Source: a virus (Duplodnaviria > Heunggongvirae > Uroviricota > Caudoviricetes). Taken from it: a stretch of DNA of 64,000 nucleotides. The stretch lies in IMG/VR virus record IMGVR_UViG_3300010403_000023. One strand, given 5' to 3'. The notes under the pieces were generated by a model, which saw only the letters and a program-made list of their open reading frames with translations, did no database searches and was not told the DNA's origin. A program made the translations under genes and the position numbers. The first letter of the stretch is position 1, and each line of letters begins with the position of its first letter. This document shows, in pieces, positions 17,090 through 26,700 of this stretch.

Positions 17090-17428
17090 CTATTTAATTT
17101 CAGTGGCGACGCTCCGTTCGTCACCTTCACTACTGGCAGATTTTCTCGCCTCAATTAATTTTTGAAGACGGTTCACCTTTTCTTTTTCTTCTTTATTAAA
17201 TTTATCAAATTCGATCATCATTTTTTGCAACTGTCCATAAAAATTCGTTTTCCGGCTTCTGATAAGGATAGCATGTGCGGGATCAATTCCATTAGTTTCG
17301 CACCATTTTATAAATTCTTCTTGAATTTTTAATTGGGCATCCGTAGGCTTTTTGGGACGCAAATCAGGTTTGCTATTTGCGTCATCTAATGCTTTCTGAA
17401 TTGACATACCTATTAGTGCGCCTATCAT
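17090..17428 (-). CDS. hypothetical protein (112 aa); the C-terminal ..ERSVATEIK is encoded by IGR-1
   Basis: The ORF 3' end reads through a reverse IGR-1 core. Confidence 0.5.
   Translation of the reverse strand: MIGALIGMSIQKALDDANSKPDLRPKKPTDAQLKIQEEFIKWCETNGIDPAHAILIRSRKTNFYGQLQKMMIEFDKFNKEEKEKVNRLQKLIEARKSASSEGDERSVATEIK
17102..17135 (-). repeat. IGR-1 copy (variant A, reverse; GGCGACGCTCCGTTCGTCACCTTCACTACT)
   Basis: Flank shared with the 10935 copy. Confidence 0.7.
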
Positions 17429-17664
17429 TTTTTTGATTTTATTTTAGAAATAGACTTCTTATTTAACCCGTAATGATTTATAAGTATTCGTTCGATCATT
17501 GACGGAAAAGAACGCATTTCCTCTTTGGCGTCTGCCATTATTTTATCTACTAATTCCTTCGCATTAGGTCTGCTAAACCTCATACGGAAAGGCTCTGTGG
17601 GAGACTGCGAAAGTCTATAACTTACTTTTGTTTCTTTTATCGCCATTAACACAAATGTACACAA
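17425..17664 (-). CDS. hypothetical protein (79 aa)
   Basis: Overlapping start/stop with the downstream gene. Confidence 0.45.
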   Translation of the reverse strand: MCTFVLMAIKETKVSYRLSQSPTEPFRMRFSRPNAKELVDKIMADAKEEMRSFPSMIERILINHYGLNKKSISKIKSKK

Positions 17665-17704
17665 CTTTTCACAATTACCAACTTTTGTGGTAAATATTTT
17701 TGAA

Positions 17705-17760
17705 AGAAGTGATGGTGACGAATGGAGCGTCGCACCTGTGGCTCAATAGATAAGATTAGC
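17705..17760 (+). repeat. IGR-1 copy (variant A; GAAGTGATGGTGACGAATGGAGCGTCGCACCTGTGGCTCAATAGATAAGATTAGC)
   Basis: Shares the 5' flank GAAAGAAGTGATGGTG with the 12530 copy. Confidence 0.75.
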
Positions 17761-17775
17761 TAAGGGCAAATAATT

Positions 17776-20013
17776 TTACTGATACAGTACACCTACTGCT
17801 AATTGTCTTAATGCCATGTCTGGCTTTTGAGTTGCTTTGTCAAGGAATCTTTGACGCCAGCCTAAGTATGCATTAATTCCAAGTAGTCCAATGAGATAGC
17901 AAACTCCGCTATCGTATTCTCTGGTATTCTCTGGTTCAAAATTCATAAGGTCCACTATTACATCACGGCTGTACAGAAATTCTACATTATCCATGAAAGA
18001 GTAGTCATTTATGTGCATCATCCCTGCTGCGATATATTCCCCTATAGTATCAGGACCACCGTTGACTGAACGCTGGGAAGTGAACGGCTTTTGTTTAGCC
18101 CATTCATTGTATGGTTCCAGTATGCCTGTATCTTTATTAACCTGTATCAGGAAGTTGGCTAGCCCCCATTCCTTTAATCGTGTTGCTAATGCCGGTGCGT
18201 TACATTCTATCAGGACATAGCAGCCAAAATAAAGGATAGTCTGAACCACATGCATCAGTGTATCTTTTGGATTTTCTGTTCGGTAATGGTACTCTACTAT
18301 CATGCGTTTGTTCGTTACCTTCTTATTAAACATGGAGTTTAATTCTTGATTTGGCAGAATAAATACCTGCATGGAGTTCTTGCTGCCAACAGCTACGTCT
18401 TTTGCCGCGCTATACTGCGTAGGATCTATGGACATATAAAATGGACTGCCCGGATTAGGCATTAACCTTCCTTTCTTATCCGTGAGCATTTTATTTACGT
18501 GCTGATCCAGAAAACTTTTGGGCGTCCACTCAGGCATATACCATTTCCACAGACCATGCTCTTTTCCCGACATTTTTTCCGTATCGGTCACAGGACACAC
18601 CAATGAAACACCTGGGAATTTATATATATCTCGTATTTCGTCTATTTCTGGAGGAACAGACCACTTAAAATTAAAGTCCATGTATGAGAACGCACCTACA
18701 TTATCTTCTTCGGTAAGTTCGTTTAATTTTGTTGACAATCGTAAATTATCAAATATGGACGCCTCTCCAGCTCCTTCCAGCCAACAATCGGACTCGCTTT
18801 GAGGGTATTGGCGACGATATGATCGTAGTGCCGCAGGATCGTCTTTCTTGGCCTCCATTTGCGCATTCACCACCTTTAATATCTTAGATATAACTGGCTT
18901 ACCATAAATATCGCAGCCTCCAAATATACCATCATAAATAGTAAGCGCCATGCAGATTAATTCAGATTTTGTCGTGCCAGTCTCGGGGTTTATTGTTCGT
19001 AATTTACTTTCGTAATATATCTTTTTTGCAAGCCTAAAACTTTTATCATTAGTATCCGATACGTAGTGGGTGTATATAACATATCCAATGCGAAGTAAGC
19101 CCAGCATTACAGTAGCTATGACATTATTATGCAGAACGGTGAGATCATAACTTTTATCAAGTTTTATTTTACTTTGCTCATCAATATGCGCCACTCTTCT
19201 TTTAGTTCCATCAAATCCATTCCATACGGTAGCTACGGTTTGTATAATAGTTTCCAACGGTTCTGTATTTGATTTTCTCTGGCCTCCACTTTTGGCGCCT
19301 TTTCCGGTATCTTGAAAATATATTGCACTTAAATTATTCCGGTATTCCGGCTTTAAGATTTCCGGTAATCTACGCGCAGCATACAGCACATATCCCATAT
19401 TTGTCTTAGTAGCCTCATCTTCCTTGGTACTCATAATGCTATAATTAGCAGACCGATGAGTTATCGCATCAATCAGCATTAGCAATTCCTGAAACATGGT
19501 AATACCCGTCTTCTTGGGCTTCACTACGTCGCCTCCCTTGGCTACCGTAGTAGTTTTGCATATTTCTATGAAATACGCATAGGTTCGCTGAAATTGACAA
19601 TAGTATCCATACAGGCTTTCCGGTTCCACCTCATTGTAGCAATCGTACATTTGCGCCCACATAAGCACCCCGTAGTGGCCACCAGTTAAGTATGTAGGCT
19701 CCCCATCATTATAAAACCATACGCCATCAAGCATCCGATCAATTTCCCTGTCCCTTAATTCCTTTAATTTAATGGTGTCAACAACGCTTAATGATACTAA
19801 TTCCTTCCCCTCATACTTAGTCGCTTTTGCGTTATCCTCTACTCCTCTGTGCCAATCAAAAAAGAAAGAAGGTATATCTTTAATCATTTCTGCCCTTTTC
19901 CAGTATTGCTCTTTCTTGGGTAGATTATGAAAAAATATTTCTTTCTTTGTGGGCCTAGGTGGGAGTTTATAAACATGTTCCTCTCCAACCTTTATATATT
20001 CTTCGTTATCCAT
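17776..20013 (-). CDS. putative terminase large subunit (745 aa)
   Basis: Size, position next to a ParB-like gene, and a C-terminal region (CYVLIECNAPALATRL) reminiscent of the T4 gp17 nuclease segment ECPVYIELNSTG; no canonical Walker A was identified by eye, so the call is tentative. Confidence 0.4.
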   Translation of the reverse strand: MDNEEYIKVGEEHVYKLPPRPTKKEIFFHNLPKKEQYWKRAEMIKDIPSFFFDWHRGVEDNAKATKYEGKELVSLSVVDTIKLKELRDREIDRMLDGVWFYNDGEPTYLTGGHYGVLMWAQMYDCYNEVEPESLYGYYCQFQRTYAYFIEICKTTTVAKGGDVVKPKKTGITMFQELLMLIDAITHRSANYSIMSTKEDEATKTNMGYVLYAARRLPEILKPEYRNNLSAIYFQDTGKGAKSGGQRKSNTEPLETIIQTVATVWNGFDGTKRRVAHIDEQSKIKLDKSYDLTVLHNNVIATVMLGLLRIGYVIYTHYVSDTNDKSFRLAKKIYYESKLRTINPETGTTKSELICMALTIYDGIFGGCDIYGKPVISKILKVVNAQMEAKKDDPAALRSYRRQYPQSESDCWLEGAGEASIFDNLRLSTKLNELTEEDNVGAFSYMDFNFKWSVPPEIDEIRDIYKFPGVSLVCPVTDTEKMSGKEHGLWKWYMPEWTPKSFLDQHVNKMLTDKKGRLMPNPGSPFYMSIDPTQYSAAKDVAVGSKNSMQVFILPNQELNSMFNKKVTNKRMIVEYHYRTENPKDTLMHVVQTILYFGCYVLIECNAPALATRLKEWGLANFLIQVNKDTGILEPYNEWAKQKPFTSQRSVNGGPDTIGEYIAAGMMHINDYSFMDNVEFLYSRDVIVDLMNFEPENTREYDSGVCYLIGLLGINAYLGWRQRFLDKATQKPDMALRQLAVGVLYQ

Positions 20014-20689
20014 GCATACCTATTTTAATTCGTCTGGCGTTTTCCATGCACACACCGTCCTTGACTGCATTAATTTTTTTATCAATGAATTGGAACTTGA
20101 ATTCTTTCAGTTCATTTATAGCTTTATAAGTGCCTTGATTTCGTATTTCTTTTTCCAGTGCTGTCCTCTTTTTAGAGAGTAGTTCGTATTGGAAGACAGC
20201 CTTAGTGTGCTCCTTTGTATCATAAAAAAATATTATTTCATCAGGTTTTCCTTCTTTTTTGCTTTTATTCTCCTTAGTCATGTACTCCCGATTGGTAATT
20301 GCCAAATTCAGGTCTTCCAGTTGAATATCTATTAGTTTTAGCGCTTTGAATAGTTGGCCGGCGAACTGGATAAGGTATTGTGTTGTTGCTAATCGCACTT
20401 CACGGTCGGTAAGTTCCATTAGGTTCTTACGCATGAAGTCTGGTATCTGAAGGTATTCACATATCCCTTCTTTTTCTTCTTTGCTGTCTTGTCGTAGGAT
20501 TAATAGTGGAGAATCTTCACTGTATGCACATAGAAGGTAGAGTATCTTTTGCTTTGCTTCTTCGGTGGATTGAGAATTATGAAAGATAGGATCAAATATG
20601 GTTAGGTTTATACTATGGAGGTATCCCTGTAGTTTATCTGCAGGTTCGTTCTTTAATAGTAAGCAGTCGTTAAGTATTGATGTTATCAT
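20006..20689 (-). CDS. hypothetical protein (227 aa)
   Basis: ORF start overlaps the TerL-candidate stop. Confidence 0.55.
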   Translation of the reverse strand: MITSILNDCLLLKNEPADKLQGYLHSINLTIFDPIFHNSQSTEEAKQKILYLLCAYSEDSPLLILRQDSKEEKEGICEYLQIPDFMRKNLMELTDREVRLATTQYLIQFAGQLFKALKLIDIQLEDLNLAITNREYMTKENKSKKEGKPDEIIFFYDTKEHTKAVFQYELLSKKRTALEKEIRNQGTYKAINELKEFKFQFIDKKINAVKDGVCMENARRIKIGMHG

Positions 20690-20699
20690 GCGTTTTATT

Positions 20700-20765
20700 T
20701 TTGCAGCAGAGTTTTTGTTTTTCTATTCAGCTTGATTTGCGATGGCGCCGGTCGGCAACATCACA
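20700..20765 (-). repeat. IGR-1 copy (variant B-like, reverse; TTTTGCAGCAGAGTTTTTG..TTCAGCTTGATTTGCGATGGCGCCGG)
   Basis: Full element in reverse orientation. Confidence 0.8.
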
Positions 20766-20774
20766 TTGTGCCAT

Positions 20775-23700
20775 TTATTTATTTACATCGGGTAACCAGT
20801 CCCCTCCGGCACCTGCTCCAGTTGTGGATTGATGAGAGTTTTTGACGTTCAGTTGCTCCCGCAGGAATGGCACCCCACTTTTAATGTGCTCTCCTATTGT
20901 TTTAGGAGTAGCGCGTTTGTTTTCGGGCGCAATCATCTTTCTTATTGGATTTCCTTCATCTGCCGGGTCGGTAACTTTAGCCAGATACGTTATGAGCGCT
21001 GGATCTACTGTACTCTTGGCGAGCTCACCTAAATAGTAATCTCTTTCATGCTTTGAGCCAAATAATTTAGATACCCTTACCGGTTGGCTGGCTAATGGTA
21101 TATCATTCACCAGCCCGGATGCCCCAGCCCACAGCCCTTCACTTATTCCCTGCGGTTCTCCTTTCACAACTTTATCCTTTACCCTTCTTACGGTCGCGCC
21201 GATCTGCATAGCCTGGAATATAGGTGCCTCAATAAACCATGCGGGTATCTTCGCACCGAAAAGTTTCAATCCTAATGCTTCTGCATCATCCTCATCTCTT
21301 TTCTGCCCTGGCTGATAGAATCCTCCGAAATTTTGTGGATTGAAGTAACCTAAAGCCAGTGCAGCTATTCCTAAACTGCCTTTCTTTAAATTACGCAGAA
21401 TGATTTCTTTCTCGTCTGGGGGTAAGTTTTCTATTCCACCGGTAAAAGCCGCATGAATTAATTTAGCTGCCCCAACCGGTACACCATATACATGTGTACC
21501 TATTTCGGCTGCTATGTTTGTAGGCACCTTAACAAAGGGCACCAACCATTGAAGGCTACTGGATATGAGTTTGCTGGGCGCTTTGCCTGTTTTCGGGTCA
21601 ACTTGATCGAAATGATTAATGAGTTTACGCCAGCCTTCCGCTACTTTATTATCCTGCATAAATATAGCTCTATTGGCGTCCTTATAGGAATCCATTAATA
21701 TTGATGTCTGGACCATCGGATCTGTAACATCCACGCCGTTAGCTATGTTGCGCCGGAACCTCCTCTCAATAGAACGTTCAAATATAGTCCTCTTAATAGG
21801 CGCCTTTGCCGCACTGTGGAGTTGCCCAAAAAAATCTATTGCTTCAGGTGGTAATTCGCCGGCCTTACCGAAAAGGACATCTAATTGTGATTTGCCTTGG
21901 CTTTTTTTACTCATTATCTCACTTGCGTCTTTGAGCCCGAGCATTAGCCCATTTTTGTATGCTTTTGCGGTTTCATTGATATTCAGACCTCCACCTTCCC
22001 CTATGGCACCCTTAGCTAATTGAGGTAATATAGCAGAATAAGCGCCACCGACAATATCTTCAAGTGGAGTAGTGGTCAACCTGGTCATTCCAGCCATCAT
22101 CAACTTACCCATCGTAAGGGGATTGGACAGTTTAAAAGCACGTTGCCATTTAATAAACCAATTTTGGTACTTAGCTACTTTGGATAACTGCTTTTCCTGG
22201 TCCCTCTTTAGGTTTATGTCGTATTGCGCCTTAGCCCGGTCTGCGTCTACTTTTAATCTTACCGCTTCACGATCCAATCTACCATTACTAAATAGAGCCG
22301 AAGCATCCGTTGCCTTCTTTCTTTCCGGAGATATATCCAATATGCCGGAATCCATTACAGCCTTATTTATTTCTTTTTCAAGATCCTGCTCATCAATTCC
22401 GGGATTAGCGTTACTTGTTTGTGCAATTGCTTTTTTTATTAAATCTACCAATTGCTCTCCTTTTTCTACACCATATGCTATCACATCTATAGCGTCCGCA
22501 ACCATATGCGGAGTAATAGGAATGGGTGATGAATAGGCTTGATTTTTGCTGGCTTGCCTGATCCGTTCAGCCCATTCACGAAGTTTTGTTGATGCGGTTT
22601 TTTTGTTTTTTAATAGTCCTGTCATTGCCTTACGCTGCAGGTCTATTATTTTCGACTCTGATTCTTTGATATAATTATCAAAAGCCTCCTGTGTATCTTT
22701 TATGTTTTTATGTAACTTCTCAATATCTTCCTGCTGAGTGTCGCTGAGTGATTTACCTTCATTTGCCGTAGCCCTTTTTTCGGAAATCATATTCACAAGA
22801 GAATATTTCCGATCCACCATCATGCGCCGGGAAGCAAGCCCCCTGGCGTTTTCCGTACCTACGGCTTTGTTGATGTCGTAAATCTGCTGCAATTCATCGA
22901 GTACACGCGCTTTTGAAACTTTATTCTCTATGATAGCTCCCTGATTTCCTTCATCTGCGGCTTTGTTGATATTATCATTAAAATTTTGCAATTCTATCTC
23001 CTTGGTATTTTGGTGATGAAGGAGCACAGCATTTTCTACATCAGTTAGAGGACGTGCTTTTTGAGATAATTCCTCAATCAGGTTAAGTGCTGTCTGTGGA
23101 TTGTCTTCTATTTTTTTCTTCGCCTCGTCCCATGTTTCGCCAAATTCTTTGTGCGCTGCGGGAATCTCCTCGCCCAGACCAAATTGCTCCCTTCTCAGGC
23201 GCGTAGTAGCATTTTTTATGCTGGTAATATCCTGTTGAATATGCCAGTCCAGATAGTTAAGCACTTTAGCTTTTGCATTTTCGGACACAGTATCAGAAAC
23301 AGGATTTCCGTCTTTATTTTCAATAACTTCATCCATTATTTCTTTAACGGCATCTTCATGAGATATTTTGCCAGAAAAAATGTCTGCCAGGATGTCCTTT
23401 GCATATTCTTCATTGTCTATTGAGAGTGATGGTTCTGCTTTAAGCGTCTCCGCTTTGAACATTCCGGATTCTTTTAACTTCTCAATATCTTTATCAGAAA
23501 GTTCTTTAGCCTCTTCGCCATATTTTTCTTTTGTTTGACGCAGGCCACGGCGTATTGCTATTTCCAAATTACCTACACCGCGCAAGCCTTCAACTATCCT
23601 TGCAACAAGAAAATCAGATACATGATCCGCTATTTTTGGAGATATACCTAATATTGTAGCGTATGATGCACCTTCATGTTCTTTTTTGTTTTTCGCATAT

Positions 23701-26700
23701 TTTGTTTCTACCCAGTCAGCTGCTTTATGGAAGGCACTTTCATTTGTTTGATTATTAATGAGTTTGTCAATCTTAGCTTCCTTCGCCAGAACTTTGTCTT
23801 TAATATCATTGACTTTATCGGTAGCCTCCTGAATAGCTGCAGGGTCTTTAGATTTTAGCGCTTTCTGCCTTTTTGTTTCTGCAGCCTTCCCTTGATCTAT
23901 AAGTTTTTGATGGACCGTTCTTTCTGCTTGTATTCTTTCTTCGATGGAGAGCGGCTTTGGTTGCGTTTCATTCTTAACAGAGACAATCTCATTACCAAAA
24001 TGAGGTGTTTTGCCAGGGATAACTTCTACCGGATGCAATCCTACTTTTGGTTCGGTACTGTATTCTACTGCGGTTCTGCCTATGTATTTACCATGGCGTT
24101 CTTCGTTGTCGCTTGTTATACCGACGGCTATTTTACCATCACCTATATCTGCGATTACGCGGCTTTCTCCTTCAGGAAGACCGGATACGCCTACTTCACT
24201 TAATTTATCTGCATCTTCCTTGGTGACGTAGTAGGTTTTGTCGGAAGGTTGTTGTAGTCCTTCGGTTCCTTCATGGCCAGGTTCGTTATGGACTGATTTA
24301 TTACGGGTGGTACTACCGTCTTTGTTTACTTGATATTCAGATCCTTTAGAAGTAGTAAAAGTTGTTCCGGATTTTTCTTTGGTAGCAGGGGTTTGTTTAT
24401 CTGATTGGGCGCCTGTTGCGACGCTCCGTTCAACCTCCGGGGAAGGAATTAACTTTTCTTCGGTGGAGACTGGTTCATTATTTTCCCGCTGATCGCTGCC
24501 TGCAGGAGCGCTTTCGCTTGCTGATCCTTCGGGAGTTTCTGAATTGCTTCGGGTAGTTTTTTTGACTGCTGCTTCATCCTGTAATTTTTTAAAGTCTGCT
24601 TTTTGTTTTTCATTTAATTCAACAAATCCACCGCTTTCTTTTTCAGCTAAAAGCGAATCGAAAAGTTCTTTTCCGGCAGGAGATAGATTTTCATACATCT
24701 CTTTAAATTCCCCGGATGAAATATCTAGTGCGGTATGATGATCTACCTTTCCTTCATCATTAATATGACTGCTAAGGTAGGAAATTATATGATCACTGTC
24801 TTTATCGGTGAGCTCTGCGTCGCGGATTGCGTCTGTGGCTTTCTGGTGCGACTCAAAATCACCATGGTCCAGGAAGTTGTTTATTTCATCTTCTGTGGCG
24901 GTTGAAAGTTTCTCTCCCTCGGTATGGGCGCTATACTTTTCTTCTTCCCATTTTTGATGGCCTTTTCCCTGGATGCGTTCCAGTTCCTCCAGCGCTGCGT
25001 GATCATCGTGGCCGTATTGCTGCCAGACATCCATAAATTCCCGACGTGCCTCTTGGGTAGCGTCAGGATGTGAGTCTACAAATCCTATTTTATGTGGGTT
25101 TGTTTCGTCTTTAACGTATCGCTCTACGAAATTATCAACCGAGGTTCCTTTGGCTGATATGCGGCGAAGGTAGGGCTTCATATCATTGCCGGATATACCA
25201 AGGTCCTGCGTTAGGTCTTTTGGGTTTACTCTTTCTCCTCCGACAATTAAATGCAGGACAGCCTCACGGAAACTTGAAGGCTCACCGGATAATGCGGCTT
25301 TCTTTCTTGTTTGAAATTCAGTCGGCGGCTTTACTTTCTTTTTCTTTGGGCTTCGCTCAGCGCTATTGCTATTTTTTGTTTCGGTGGCCTGGGCTTCGCT
25401 CCCGGCTTGCTCAGTTCGTGCATGTTCTGGGACACTGCCTTGTTGAGCGCTTTCTTGCTGCTGTTTTTCGGTTTGTGGACTGGCATTTTGTTCTGGTTTT
25501 TGTTCAGATAAAATGGGTTCTTCTTCAATAATTAACTTTCTTCTTTTTCTATCAGAAACAGGTTTAGCAGGTGTTTCTACACCTGCTTCATTTTCTTTAC
25601 CGGATTGTTCGCTTAGTTGCCTACTCTGCCCGCTTTGTTCTTGCCCTTTACCGTCATCTTTCCCTTCACTGAGGGTGTTGACTTCTTGCCCGATGTTGGG
25701 AGTTTGCTGAAGGCTGGTTTGCTCGATGCCATTGCTTTTTTCATCTTGTTCTGTTTGGGTTTTTATTTCAGATTCTAAAGGTATAGAAGTATTTTCGGTA
25801 TTTACTAATTTTTCTTCATTTATTTTTGGAGTTTCACCTTCAGGAACTTTAGCAGCTTCCGTGGCGATGGCACCGGTCGGCTCCAGTTCTTCTGTGGACT
25901 TTTCCAGTTTTAGCGGTTCCTGGTGGAATAACTTGCTGGAAGTGCCGCCCGGTTCTGTTTTTGGTTGAAATGGTTTATTTATAGACTGAACCTCCCCTGC
26001 TTTGTTTAAAATATCAGTACGTGTTTTTTCTTCTGATTTTAATAAAGTATTTACTTGGTTCTCTTGTGCTTTATCGCTGGAGTTTTCTAATGTAGCCAGT
26101 CTCTTATTTAAATCTTCTGTCTTTAAAAGACTCCAGCTATAATCTTGTTTTTGCTGCATAGTAAGGTCTCTACCATCTATGGATTTTACATAAGGAAGTT
26201 GCACCTTAATTATTCTCGACAAACTATTTATTCCATCTAATGCAGTATGAAATTCATCTTGGGTAAGTTTTCCCTGTTTATATAAATCAGTCACCTCTGA
26301 TCTATATTGCTGCGAATTCAATCCTACATCAAATGCCATTTTTTTATTAATCTCACTTTGATTATTAACGGCATGTTTGGCGGCAAATAAAGAAGGAAGA
26401 AACATCCCTACCCCACCCCGCATGAACGCCTCTCCGGTATTATCCATTATGCCGTGTCTATGATCAGGATCATATAGCATGTCGGTAATATTTTCCGCTG
26501 CTTTAGTGGACGCCATAATGGTAGCTTGTTTTACTGTATGTTCTCCGGTCCCGATAGCACCTTGTATCACTTTTGCTATTTTTGACTGAAACTCCGGTTT
26601 TGTAAGGTTTTCAATCCCTTCTGTTTTTAAGGTTTTAATAAAATCTTTACCTGCTTTGCTCATACCAAGAGCATCTTTACCTAATGCAGTTGCGGGATCA

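Noticed and set aside
21745-25968. Multiple 60-150-aa + strand ORFs inside the 2748-aa gene (for example 21745-22023, 22072-22536, 25220-25531)
   Set aside because: They are entirely nested antisense within one long uninterrupted - strand ORF that has a recognisable N-terminal domain. Their compositions are low-complexity.
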